Below are positions 40,461 through 51,306 of a stretch of DNA of 64,000 nucleotides, one piece after another. Within the stretch, counting starts at the first letter, position 1. Each line of letters starts with the position of its first letter. Location of the stretch: positions 32,738-96,737 of the forward strand of contig CAWGMC010000027.1 in assembly GCA_963823545.1 (NCBI GenBank), given 5' to 3'. A program made the translations under genes and the position numbers. The notes under the pieces were generated by a model. The model did no database searches. It saw only the letters and a list, made by a program, of their open reading frames with translations, and was not told the origin of the DNA. This DNA is from an uncultured Chloroflexia bacterium (GTDB lineage: Bacteria > Chloroflexota > Anaerolineae > Anaerolineales > Villigracilaceae).

Positions 40461-40832
40461 TTACGTCCCCTGGCTCTCGCTTATGCGGTGGAACTCGTAT
40501 ACTTCCATCATCTTCTGGAGAATGTCTCTCTGCTCGGAGCTCACCTCCAGGAATTCCAGCCCGATGTCAAAGTAATCCGGGCTGATATCCGTGCTGCAAT
40601 GCATAACCCGGGCGGTGATCATCAGGTTGTGCGCGTTATTGAACATCCTGGGGTCGGGGAGGTCGAAGCGCAGGGGCAGGACGGTGCCCACGTTCAACGA
40701 TTCGTCCGCGATGATCATGGCGCCCCTCTCGCTGAGGTCCGAAAGGTAGCCGAGCAGTTTCCCCAGCGTCTGGTCGAATACGCGGGAGTAGATGAGCAGG
40801 TACTTGCGCGGGAGCTTTCGCCTTTCATTCAT
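40461..40832 (-). CDS. Stand-alone PilZ domain protein
   Basis: RRKLPR (RxxxR), DLSERG (DxSxxG) and IGLEF. Confidence 0.85.
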   Translation of the reverse strand: MNERRKLPRKYLLIYSRVFDQTLGKLLGYLSDLSERGAMIIADESLNVGTVLPLRFDLPDPRMFNNAHNLMITARVMHCSTDISPDYFDIGLEFLEVSSEQRDILQKMMEVYEFHRISESQGT

Positions 40833-40953
40833 GACGCCTCCACTCCCAGTATACAGCAAAACGTCCGGGCTGGATTTGGTACATAGGAACCAATCCATCC
40901 CAATTTCGCCAGCTGTCAAACACATTTCCATGCTTATGTGGTTTAATCGTGCC

Positions 40954-41680
40954 ATGCGCTGGATATACATTTCCCCTCATTTGGATGATGGCGTCCTCTC
41001 CGCCGGCGGGTTGATCCACGACCAGTCGCGGGCGGGAGTGCATGTCGAGATCTGGACCGTGGTTTGCGGGTTCCCGCCCGATGTGGAGCCCAGCCCGCTG
41101 GCGCAGGTGCTCCACTTCCAGTGGGGGTTTTCCTCCGCGGAGGAGACCGTCCACAAGCGCCGGCAGGAGGATGAGTTTGCATCCATGCATGTTCAAGCCT
41201 GGTTCCTGCACTTTGAAGGCTTCCCGGATTGCATCTACCGCCGGGACAGCGCCGGTCAGCCGCTTTACCCCATGGATGTCTTCGCGGAACCGCACCCTGC
41301 GGAGGCGGACCTTCCCGGAAAAATGACCGAGGCGCTCGCAAAACTGGTCCATCCGGACGACATCCTGGTCTGCCCGCTGGCGATCGGCGGTCATGTGGAC
41401 CATCGCATCGTACGGCAGGCGGTGGAAGGGCTGGGACGCCCGCTGCTTTATTTCGTGGATGTGCCCTACGTGTTGAACCACCCGGAGGAACTGGAGCCTG
41501 CCACCCGGTCCATGAAGGCTGAGACGCACCCGGTCTCGGAGGCGGGCATCGCCGCCTGGCTGAAAGGGGTGGGGTGCTACCAATCCCAGCTTTCCACGCT
41601 CTTTGAAATCCCCGGATAAGCTGAAGGAAGCCATCGAAAAGTACGCCCGGGAGGGAATCCGTCTGTACAACCCGGGTTGA
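40954..41680 (+). CDS. PIG-L/LmbE family deacetylase (3' frameshift near 41615)
   Basis: SPHLDDGVLS, RRQED, GGHVDH and YQSQ. Confidence 0.87.
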
Positions 41681-41691
41681 CAAAGCTGGAC

Positions 41692-41720
41692 TTGATAAGC
41701 TCCGGATTTCGTGATATAGT
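41692..41720 (+). promoter_or_regulatory. greA promoter
   Basis: TTGATA-N17-TATAGT with a TG extension. Confidence 0.6.
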
Positions 41721-41800
41721 ATGCCCGTTTTCACAACCCATATGGGCGTATCAATGCATCTCCATAGGAGATGCAACTTTATTATAAAGGGAACACTCTG

Positions 41801-42268
41801 ATGACTGTTACATTCCTGACAAAAGAAGGCTTCCAGAAGCTGCAAGAAGAACTGGATCACCTGCGCACTGTCAAGCGTCAGGAAGTCGCTGACCGCCTGC
41901 ACGAGGCAATGGAAGGCGGCGAACTGATCGAAAATGCCGAATATGAGGCTGCCAAGAACGAGCAGGCTTTCGTGGAAGGGCGTATCCAGGAGCTGGATAT
42001 GATCCTGGCGACCGCGCGCATCATTGAAGAGAACGGCAAGAGCAAGGAAGGCTTGATCCAGGTCGGCTCCACCATCACCATGGAAGAGGAAGGCAACAAA
42101 GCCGAGACCTTCACCATCGTGGGCGCGGCGGAAGCCAACCCCCGGGAGGGCAAGATCTCGAACAAATCGCCGATCGGCAAGGCTGTGATCGGGCATAAAG
42201 CCGGCGAGACCCTTGTGGTCGAGGCGCCGGGCGGTCATTTCAAGGTCAAGATCCTGAAGGTGAAGTGA
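41801..42268 (+). CDS. greA: Transcription elongation factor GreA
   Basis: LTKEGFQKLQEEL, ENAEYEAAKNEQ and SPIGKA. Confidence 0.95.
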   Translation: MTVTFLTKEGFQKLQEELDHLRTVKRQEVADRLHEAMEGGELIENAEYEAAKNEQAFVEGRIQELDMILATARIIEENGKSKEGLIQVGSTITMEEEGNKAETFTIVGAAEANPREGKISNKSPIGKAVIGHKAGETLVVEAPGGHFKVKILKVK

Positions 42269-42291
42269 CATAGGGGCTCCGTTCATCCCGC

Positions 42292-42325
42292 AGCCCCGCG
42301 CAACGCGTTTGCGCGGGGCTTTTTT
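42292..42325 (+). terminator. Terminator between greA and lysS
   Basis: AGCCCCGCGCAA-CGCGT-TTGCGCGGGGCT followed by a T run. Confidence 0.7.
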
Positions 42326-42361
42326 CTCCCGCACCAGCCTATTCCAGAAAGGTCCCCAGAC

Positions 42362-43897
42362 ATGACCGAATTTTCCTCCCTCGAAAAGATCCGCCTCCAG
42401 AAACTGGAGGAACTGCGCGCTGAGGGGATCGAGCCTTTCCCCACGCGTGCCCAGCGCACGCACACCAGTGCCCAGGCGATCGCGGAATTCCTCGAAGCCG
42501 AGAAGGAGAACCGCGAGCTCAAAGCCACCCTGGCGGGGCGGGTGCGAGCCACGCGCGCCATGGGCAAGCTCTCCTTTGCGCACATCGAGGACGGTGCTGG
42601 CAGGATCCAGTTGTTCTTCCGCATCAACGAGCTGAAGCAGGAGGGGGTGGACCTCTTCAACCGCATGTTCGACATCGGCGACTTCATCCAGGCAGGCGGG
42701 GTCATGATCCGCACGAAGACCGGTGAGGTGACGCTGCTGGTGCACGAGTTCCGCATGCTGGCGAAATCCGTCAGCCCGCTGCCCGCCGCCAAGGATGAGA
42801 CCCTGGAGGACGGCACGGTGGTGCGGCACGCCGCGCTGGAGGACCCGGAACTGCGCGCCCGCCAGCGTTACGCGGACCTGGCGGTGAACGCCGAGGTGCG
42901 CGAGACCTTTCGCAAGCGCGCTGCCATCATCAAGTCGCTGCGCAATTTCCTGGACAGCCGGGGCTTTCTCGAAGTCGAGACGCCCATCCTCCAGCCTGTG
43001 TATGGCGGGGCGGCGGCGCGTCCATTCACCACGCACCACAACGAGCTGGAGCAGGACATGTACCTGCGCATCTCGTTCGAGCTTTACCTGAAGCGCCTGC
43101 TGGTGGGCAACCTGGAGAAGGTCTACGAGATCGGGCGCGACTTCCGAAACGAGGGCGTGTCCTTTAAGCACAACCCCGAGTTCACCCAGCTCGAATTCTA
43201 CTGGGCGTACGCGGATTACCTGCAGGTGATGGAGATGACCGAGCAGATGATCTCCACCGCCGCGCAGGAGGTGCTGGGTACCATGAAGATCAGGTACCGC
43301 GAGCACGAGATGGACCTGACGCCTCCCTGGCGCAGGCTTTCGATGCGGCAGGGTCTGTTGGAAGTGACCGGGGTGGACATCGATTCTCACACCGACGCGC
43401 AGTCGCTCTACGCCGCGCTTAAATTGAAGGGGCTGACCCCGCCCGAGGGCGTGACGCGCGGCAAGCTGATCGACTGGATGGTGAGCGAGCACCTGGAACC
43501 GAAGCTGATCCAGCCGACCTTCCTCTTCGATTACCCGCGGGATGTCTCCCCGCTGGCAAAATCGCGCCCGAACGACCCGCTGACCGTGGAGCGCTTCGAG
43601 GGCTACCTGGCAGGTTTTGAGCTGTGCAACGCCTTCACCGAGTTGAACGACCCGCTGGACCAGGAGAGCCGCTTCGTGGAGATGGGGCGCGATTACAGGG
43701 CGGACGACGAGGAGCGCCACCCGCTGGACGAGGACTACCTGCGCGCCATGCGTTATGGCATGCCTCCCTGCGGCGGGTTTGGCATGGGCATCGACCGGTT
43801 GATCATGCTGATGCTGGACAAGCACCACATCCGCGAGGTGCTGCTGTTCCCCACCCTGCGCAAGGAAGAATTCAACAAGCCTGGAGAAACTGGATAA
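42362..43897 (+). CDS. lysS: Lysine--tRNA ligase (class II)
   Basis: FLEVETP, YGGAAARPF, FRNEG, HNPEFT and GIDRL. Confidence 0.98.
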   Translation: MTEFSSLEKIRLQKLEELRAEGIEPFPTRAQRTHTSAQAIAEFLEAEKENRELKATLAGRVRATRAMGKLSFAHIEDGAGRIQLFFRINELKQEGVDLFNRMFDIGDFIQAGGVMIRTKTGEVTLLVHEFRMLAKSVSPLPAAKDETLEDGTVVRHAALEDPELRARQRYADLAVNAEVRETFRKRAAIIKSLRNFLDSRGFLEVETPILQPVYGGAAARPFTTHHNELEQDMYLRISFELYLKRLLVGNLEKVYEIGRDFRNEGVSFKHNPEFTQLEFYWAYADYLQVMEMTEQMISTAAQEVLGTMKIRYREHEMDLTPPWRRLSMRQGLLEVTGVDIDSHTDAQSLYAALKLKGLTPPEGVTRGKLIDWMVSEHLEPKLIQPTFLFDYPRDVSPLAKSRPNDPLTVERFEGYLAGFELCNAFTELNDPLDQESRFVEMGRDYRADDEERHPLDEDYLRAMRYGMPPCGGFGMGIDRLIMLMLDKHHIREVLLFPTLRKEEFNKPGETG

Positions 43898-44422
43898 ATG
43901 GATTTTGCCTTCATACTCGGACACGGGCTCCTTTATGGATTCGTGTTGAGCCTGCTGTTAACATTTGTATTTCTCGGGGCTGTTTATCTTAACGGGGAGA
44001 TCATGCTGAACGATTACCCGCCGGACGTGAAGAAAGCCTACGGCGGGGAGAAGGATCCGAAAACGCGCGGGCAGAGGCGCATTTTCACCCTGCTGTTCCT
44101 GGGTGCGCTCTTTGGCACGATCGCATGGTCGGTGGTCAGCACTTCCCGCAATTTATCCGAGCCGCTGACCTTTTTGCCGCTCTTCGCCCTGATCCTGGTC
44201 GAGATACTCGCTTTCAACGTGTGGGACCTGCTGCTGATCGACTGGCTGGTGTTCAACACGCTCCAGCCGAAGTTCATCATCCTGCCGGGCACCGAGGGAT
44301 TGCCTGGATACAAGGATTATCGCTTCCATTTCCGCGGCTTCCTGACGGGTGTGCTGTTCAGCTTTGTCTCGTCGCTGGTACTGGCGGGCATGGCGTTGAT
44401 GATCGTGAATGGCATGGGTTGA
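43898..44422 (+). CDS. Hypothetical four-TM membrane protein
   Basis: Four hydrophobic segments; DYPPDV and ILPGTEG..GYKDYRFH. Confidence 0.7.
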   Translation: MDFAFILGHGLLYGFVLSLLLTFVFLGAVYLNGEIMLNDYPPDVKKAYGGEKDPKTRGQRRIFTLLFLGALFGTIAWSVVSTSRNLSEPLTFLPLFALILVEILAFNVWDLLLIDWLVFNTLQPKFIILPGTEGLPGYKDYRFHFRGFLTGVLFSFVSSLVLAGMALMIVNGMG

Positions 44423-44425
44423 TCA

Positions 44426-44450
44426 TTGAAGGTTGAAAGTTGAAGGTGGG
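44426..44450. repeat. TTGAA(G/A)G heptamer run
   Basis: TTGAAGG TTGAAAG TTGAAGG; 20 bp are identical, as reverse complement, to 20081-20100 in prmA. Confidence 0.7.
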
Positions 44451-44558
44451 AAACCTGAGATTAGCGGGTGGAGATCGGAGAACAGTGAGGAGTGGGTAGG
44501 GGCAAAGGGTATTTGAGCCTGTCTTTTAAAAACAATCGGCTGATTTGGGGGAAATTCG

Positions 44559-44584
44559 GGAAACTTTAACGCCAAAAATGCGTA
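44559..44584 (+). promoter_or_regulatory. ECF (SigW-like) promoter
   Basis: GGAAAC-N16-CGTA compared with B. subtilis SigW TGAAAC-N16-CGTA. Confidence 0.6.
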
Positions 44585-44618
44585 AAATAATGTATACAAA
44601 CTGAAAGGAGAATAAACA

Positions 44619-45182
44619 ATGGAAACCAAAACACGAAATGCCGGTTCCCTGGTGGGCGGAGCCCTGTTGGTGCTGTTCGGTCTGCTGGCACTGGCATCGC
44701 AGCTATTCAAGGGCTTTGACTTCTGGGGGAATTTCTGGCCATTCATCATCATCGCGGCGGGCGCCATGTTCTTCGTTGGCATGTTCGCGGGCGGGAAATC
44801 CGTCTCCGGGCTTGCCATCCCGGGCACCATTATCACCGGTCTCGGGTTGATGCTGCTCGTTCAGAACCTGACCGGTTATTATGAAAGCTGGGCGTACAGC
44901 TGGGCAGTCATCATCATCCTGGTCGGTCTGGGCATTTTCATCATGGGCTGGTGGGGGAGCGACCCCGGTCAGCGCAGGGGCGGCTGGGTCGTGATGCGGA
45001 TCGGGCTGATCCTGTTCCTGATCTTCGGCGCGTTCTTCGAGATGCTCTTCAGATCCTCCTCGCTCGGGGATTACATCTTCCCCGCCGGTTTGATCCTGCT
45101 CGGTCTGTACCTGGTGCTCAAGCGGTCCGGACTGTTCTCCGGCAAGCAATCCGGTGACCAGCCCCAGGGTCCATCCGTATAA
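44619..45182 (+). CDS. LiaI/LiaF-like multi-TM membrane protein
   Basis: GALLVLFGLLAL and FWPFIII-type TM repeats. Confidence 0.7.
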   Translation: METKTRNAGSLVGGALLVLFGLLALASQLFKGFDFWGNFWPFIIIAAGAMFFVGMFAGGKSVSGLAIPGTIITGLGLMLLVQNLTGYYESWAYSWAVIIILVGLGIFIMGWWGSDPGQRRGGWVVMRIGLILFLIFGAFFEMLFRSSSLGDYIFPAGLILLGLYLVLKRSGLFSGKQSGDQPQGPSV

Positions 45183-45198
45183 TTCAATTCGAGGAAAA

Positions 45199-46162
45199 AT
45201 GAAAGAAACACGTTCGTACTTCTGGCCGCTGACCTTAATTGCGGCAGGCATCGTCTGGCTGCTGATCAGCATGGACAAGATCCCCGCAGCGAACCTCTGG
45301 GCATTGACCCACATCTGGCCATACCTGTTGATCGCACTGGGTCTGGGGTTGATCCTGCGCAGTTTCTGGAAACCCTTTGGCGCGATCATCACCGCCCTGG
45401 TGGTGCTGGGCGCGCTGGGCGCTGTGCTGTTCGCTCCCCAGTTGAATTGGGCGGATGCGCCGGACTGGGATTGGAGCATTAACAACAGTAATGCCGGCGG
45501 GGCGCTGAAAGGCTCGGGCGTCACCGCCAGGGAGACCCGCAAAGTTTCCGGTTTTGACGCCATCCAGATCCGCTTCCCGGCGGAGGTGACGATCACCCAG
45601 GGAAGTGTGGAATCCCTGACGATCGAAGCCGATGACAATCTTCTGCCCCAGCTGGCGACCACGGTCAAGTCCGGGACGCTGGTGATCGAAAACAGCGAAA
45701 CGCAGCTGGTCAAAGCGTGTCAACCCGAAAGCGGATGTCGTGATCAAGATCGTTGTGAAGGACCTGGGCGAGATCCGCGTCCCTTCCGCAGGCACCCTGA
45801 CCGTGGAAAAACTGACCACGGATGAACTGTACATCTCCCTGAGCGGGGCGGGCGAAGTGACCCTCTCGGACCTGAAGGCGGATAAATTGACCGTGGATGT
45901 GAGCGGTGCCGGTAATGTCAAGGCGGATGGCGAGGCGGGCGAGGTGAACATCAACATCAGCGGAATTGGCAATTTTGACGGCAAGGCTCTCACCAGCCAG
46001 GTTGCCCGTGTGGAGATCAGCGGGGCAGGCAACGCGAGCCTGCGCGTGGAGCAGACCCTGTACGCGCAGATCAGCGGGGCGGGCTCGGTGAGCTACTATG
46101 GCGACCCCGAGGTCACCCGCCAGGTGAGCGGTGCGGGTTCTGTGAACAAGGCAGGGGATTAG
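45199..46162 (+). CDS. LiaF-like TM region plus DUF2807 (GIN) beta-repeat protein (frameshift near 45710)
   Basis: WPYLLIALGL, EADDNLLP, repeated ISGAG and YYGDPEV. Confidence 0.82.
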
Positions 46163-46281
46163 GATTGGTGTAATGAAGGTCCTGAAGGTTCCATAAACCT
46201 TCGGGACCTTTTTCACCATATCCGCATTTCCTTTGTGCCCCTTCTTGGTAAAAGAATTCCCCGCCTTCATCGCGGATAAAA

Positions 46282-46310
46282 AAAAGAGGATGGGTTATCC
46301 CATCCTCTTT
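46282..46310. terminator. Terminator between convergent genes
   Basis: AAAGAGGATGG-GTTATC-CCATCCTCTTT with a flanking A run. Confidence 0.7.
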
Positions 46311-46330
46311 GCTTTCGAAATCAGCCTGGA

Positions 46331-47169
46331 TCAATATTCCTGCTCTTCGATGAATGTCCCGTGCCAGGTATGCAGGAAGACCTGACCGCTGAACCCGTTG
46401 ACGGAGAGCATTCCAACCACCACGCCATCCCGTTCGAAATCCAGCGTATAGTAGCCATGGAACTGGATCGGATCCATCGCGGCGGACGCGCCTGACAGGT
46501 TGGCATCCAGGTACGCCTGGGCAGCCTGGATGGCTTGTTCGGGGGTGATCGTCATGTCTGCAGAGACGTCCGCAGGGAGGCTGCCGGGGAAGCCGTAGCC
46601 GCCCATCATGCCTCCACCCATCATCCCGTTGCGCCCGCCCATCATGTTCTGGTGGTTCAGGCTGCCGTACTTGAGGTTCCACATCATATTGGGTCCATAT
46701 TCAGGGTAGGCGACATGCGAGGACGGATCCACCAGCAATTCGAATGCTCCCAACCCGGTGCTCTTCTCGGTCACCACCACGTAGGCATTGTTGTCGAAGA
46801 CCATGATCTCTGAGATCACCAGGTCGGAATTGTTAAGCGTGCCAAGGTAGGTCTCGGCTGCGGCTTTCGCTTCATCCAGTGTGAGCGGGGCGGCGTTGGC
46901 GGTGTTGTAACCGTTGCCTCCCATCATGCCCCTGCCGCCTCCCATCATGCCCGGACCGTAGGCGCCATTGTTCCTGTGTTCCGACCGTAATTACCCATCA
47001 TGCCCGGACCGTATGTCCCATTGTTCGTGGTGTTCCAGCCGTAATTCCCCATCATCCCGCCAAAGGCGAATGAGCGGAAGCGGGCGAACATGCTGCCGGC
47101 AAAAAAGAGACTACCGGCGAGGATCAGGATGGCGAGCACGATCAGTGTATTGCGAATGGTTTTATCCAT
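46331..47169 (-). CDS. Met/Gly-rich exported protein with PepSY-like repeats (frameshift near 46960)
   Basis: N-terminal TM helix; repeated GMMG; FHGYYTLD, GMLSVNGFSGQVFLHTWHG. Confidence 0.75.
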
Positions 47170-47234
47170 TTTTTTCTCCTTATTAAAGAAACTTACCTTT
47201 GAATAGTATGGATGTTCAAATTATGCACCAGCAT

Positions 47235-47261
47235 GGTAAGGTGGGTGTGAAGGGAATGTAA
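47235..47261 (-). promoter_or_regulatory. Three direct repeats with 11-bp period (OmpR/PhoB-type box)
   Basis: Minus strand TTACA-N6-TCACA-N6-TTACC upstream of CATAAT. Confidence 0.5.
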
Positions 47262-47441
47262 TGTTTCTATAAAGATAATTTGCATACCCATAGTCTATTT
47301 ACACTCCTCCCTGGCGGGGTTTGATCAAGTTGGAGGATGATCTTTCCACGAAGCCATTTTTAAGATGGGTTCCAGATCCTGTTCAGATCGCCGCAAAAAA
47401 CAAAAAACTCCGGGGTTTTCCCGGAGTTTCCCGTTATCATC

Positions 47442-50400
47442 TCACTTGATCAGACTCACCAGGTCCCACCAGACTGTGCCGCTCGACTTGCTGAATGTGA
47501 ACTTAATTACGACCTTTGTGTACACTGCGGGTGCGATGAAATTCAATCTTGCCTGTTTCCAATTATAGGTCGCGCCCGCGGGGCATTTCAAGAGCTTTGT
47601 GCCCTTCAGCGCTGTTCCGTTGTAGAAAAACACCTGCGCCTGGCATAAGCCGGCAGTTGGAACAGAATTTGTCTTTATCCAGAAGGAGAAGTTGAACAGG
47701 TCGCCTGCCTTGCCGCCGAGGTTGATGGTCTGCGTCAGCATTTTTGTTTTACCAGCCGCGCCGGTGACCTTGACAGACGCGCTTCCCTCCTTCTTTGTGC
47801 CGGTATCTTTACCATCGCTTCCTGAGAAGTTGGTCATTGTCCATGATCTTGGGATCATGGATGAGCCGATGTATGTATTGAAACCGCCGTTCAGAGTCCG
47901 TTCCCTGGTGATGATGAAATTCCCGGCTGCAGCACCTGCCAGGTCATTGTAATTTGGATTGCTGCTGGTGAAGTCGGCGGTGACCACGTAGGTGCCGGCA
48001 TTGATCGGCAATGCAGATGAGCCGTTGTAGAGGACGTTTGACACAGACCCCGTCACGGTTCCGGAACTGATCGCCGCGGATTGAGCCGCGCCGGTATAAG
48101 GCACACGCGGATTCGTTATGGTCAGCGTGGGATTCGCCTTGTTGATCACACCGCTGGTGATCGGAGGGGCAAAGCTGATGGAATAGTTCAAACCCGAATT
48201 GCCGTCATTGACCGTGCCGGAAGGGGTGAGGGTCTTGTTTATCCCTGCGTCCGGTGTATCAAAGGTTTGGATGAAGGCGGAAGTATCCGTCCCAACCAGG
48301 TCCGGAGCAATGCTGGGTGAAATACTCGAAGAGGTCGTGCCGTCATATATTTTGACGGTATCGGTCTGCGCTGTGACGGTGATCGCCAGTTGCGTAATAA
48401 TGCCGGTGGTATTGGGGACGAAGTTGTAGGAATAGTTTGCACCGTTGTTGCCGTCCACCACCGCGCCGGCGGGGTTGATGGTTTTACCCGTGCCTGCATT
48501 TTTATTCGCGAAGGTTTGCATCCAGACCGGCTCGCTGTCGCCGGGGGCAAGGGGTGTACCAGCCGAAAGAAGGGGAACGCCTATCGATGAGACGTTGCCG
48601 TCATAGGTTTTGGAATCACTCACTGCAGTGATCGTGATGGGCTTTTTGGTGATGATGCCGGCAGCGGTTGCATAGGTGTAGGAGTAATTGCTGCCGCTGT
48701 TGCCGTCGTTCACCAGCCCGGCAGGTGTGAGGATCTTGCCGGCGCCCGCATGTTTGCTGTTGAATGTTTGTGTCCACACCCCCGCGCTATCACCACTTGC
48801 GATCGTTCCGGAGGTCAAAGCGGGGACTCCGGCTGAGGAATTGGTCCCATCATATTCCTTCGTGTCTGTCACCGCAGTGATGGTAATGGGACGTGCCGTT
48901 ATATTGGCTGTGCGGGTGGGCTGTACCAGCGTATAGTTGCCCGCGCCCGAACCGCCGAGGGTCAAACCCGAGATAGTGACTGTTTTTCCCACGCCCACAT
49001 TTCTGTCCGCAAAAACAGCCGTGACGCCGCTTGTGTTCAGTGTGACCACATCCGGACTGACCACCCCCACCAGGCTTGGCGAACCGATGACAAGCGTTGC
49101 ACTGGTGGTTCCATTATAGATCCTGTTGTTGGGTGTGAGACCTGCCGCCGAAACCGTCAGCCCTTTTGCAGTGATCACTCCCGTGACGTCAGGGTTGAAA
49201 GTATAGGAGTAGTTCGCCCCGCCATTGCCATCGTTGACCAGACCGGTTGGGGTAAGTGTTTTATTGGTGCCGATGTTCTTCGTGTCAAACACCTGGGTAA
49301 ACCCCGAAGTATCTGTGCCGACCAGAGGACGGACTGATCAACGGGACGCCGGTGGAGCTGGTGGTCCCATCGTACGCCTTGCTGTCCGTTTCCGCGGTCA
49401 CCGTGACTGCCAGCTTGTTGATGGTGCCGGTGTTATAGGTTGCATAAGTATAGGAATAATTATGACCGCTGTTCCCATCGTTGACTACGCCGGCAGGGGT
49501 AAGAACCTTGATGCCTGTTCCGGCATTTTTGTTGTTGAAAGTTTGAGTCCAATTTGCAGTATCGGAACCTTGCAGCGCCCCGGAAGTAATGATGGGAACG
49601 CCGCTTGAACTGACATTTCCATCATACGTCTTCGTATCGCTCACTGCTGTTATCGTGAGGGGTCGCTGCAGGATGTTCGCAGACCGCGTCGGTTGGGTCA
49701 GGGTGTAATTGACGGCATCCGCGCCGCCCAGCGTCAATCCTGAGATATAAACGGTCTTTCCCGTACCGACATCGTGATTGATGAAGTGGGCAGCCGCCAG
49801 GCTGGTATCAAGCGTGACAACATCCGGGCTGATCACCCCCACCAGGGTCGGGGAACCGATTGTGAGAGTTGCCGCATCTCCGGCATCATAGATCTTATTG
49901 GCAGGTGTGAGACCTGTGGATGAAACGGTCAAAACCTTTGGGTCAACTGATACCGTGGGTGAAGGTGCGGTTGTGAGAGTAAGCCCTCCGCCGCCCGGTC
50001 CGATATCTGTCAGCGCAAGGAATGTATAAGGTGCGCCTGCAACATGCCCGGGTGTCACATTGTCATAGGTGACCCGAAAGGAATTGCCGGTGGTGCAACT
50101 TGCCATATCAATGAATATGCCGTAAGTTGTCATCGTCCCCGGTCCAACGCCAACCGGAGGCGCTCCCGACAAGGTGCAGGTATCGCTGTACCATGAGACA
50201 TGACCTGCACCGGCACCGGTCTGCGGGGGAGTCCATCCATCTGGGATGTCGATCTCCACCTGGGAGCCCGCGCCAAAATCCCCCGTTGCGGTGAAAGTAA
50301 ATGTGAACAAATTAACGCCGCTTCCGTAGGTGACATTTGTCGGGGATACGGTCAATTGTCCATCCCCATCGATAGCCGGTGCTCCAAAAGGAGCAGCCGA

Positions 50401-50478
50401 GGCAGGCAGGACGATCAGCCACAGTAACACCGTACAGAGCAGGAATGTGCCCCATTTATAGGACAATGAACTTTTCAT
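47442..50478 (-). CDS. Large secreted YDG/MBG-repeat surface protein with a C-terminal CBM-like domain (frameshift near 49330)
   Basis: Signal peptide; repeated K-x-YDG and VNDGNSGxNYSY units; NGGF...WWDLVSL domain. Confidence 0.85.
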
Positions 50479-50733
50479 TCTCTCTCCTTTATCTCTGAAT
50501 GTGTGAAAATAGTGGGTTTATTACGTCCGCGGCGAAATGGTTTTTGACAAATACCGAAATGACGGTATCTATGCACAATATACCTTTCTATTGGATCAAT
50601 GACAAGAAGAGGTTTTCGATCGTTTCTTCCCCTGCACGGGGTCCCGAACTGGACAGTGCGGCTGATGACTGGGAAGCGCTCCCCAGCTCCGCTGCACGGA
50701 CGAACCCGGAACCGAGCCCGGTGAGGGCGGTAA

Positions 50734-51272
50734 TTACCCGCGTAATTTCCCGACCAGCTTTTTGATCGTGTTCATCCCCCGCAATGTTGATTTGACTCCC
50801 AGTGTCCTTTCGAGCACTGCGTTCGAAAATGTTGCCTCGCTTTGTTTCCTGCGGCAGAGCCAGTAAACTTCCCGGTCGTGGGCTTTAAAATCGTCAATAT
50901 CTGTTTTCAGGGAGGCCAGCTTTTTTATGGACGGACCATCCAGCGGATCTTTCAGGAACGCGACATTGAATGCAACAGCCGCTTCGAGTTCTGACCGGCG
51001 GAAGGGTTGGTAATTTGCGATCCCCGCCACTTCCCCTCCGTGCGGAGGAAGGTCGCCACCTCGTAACCGAGCGCCTCCCGCAGTTTATTTTCAATGGTCA
51101 TTTCCAGCATTTGCGCGTTATGGGATGGCGCAGTAAAGATGACATTTCCGCTGGCGATGAACGTCTCCACGTCCGTGTATCCCAACAACTCGAAGTGCCG
51201 GCGCAGGACGTCCATTTTGACTGTATGCCCGCCAACATTGATGGCGCGCAGGAAGGCGATGGTTCGGGTCAT
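50734..51272 (-). CDS. DUF1697 family protein (frameshift near 51030)
   Basis: AFLRAINVGG, VETFIASGNV and STLRGMNT. Confidence 0.85.
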
Positions 51273-51306
51273 GCCGGGATTCCTTTCAAACTTCCACTTT
51301 CAATTT

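Noticed and set aside
40943-43924. 993-aa minus-strand ORF and other long antisense ORFs (opposite uvrA, dnaK and nifJ)
   Set aside because: These are shadow frames of high-GC genes and show no recognisable motifs.
50655-50700. CTGATGA followed by a stem, resembling a hammerhead ribozyme core
   Set aside because: The required GAAA after stem II and the cleavage-site arm are missing.
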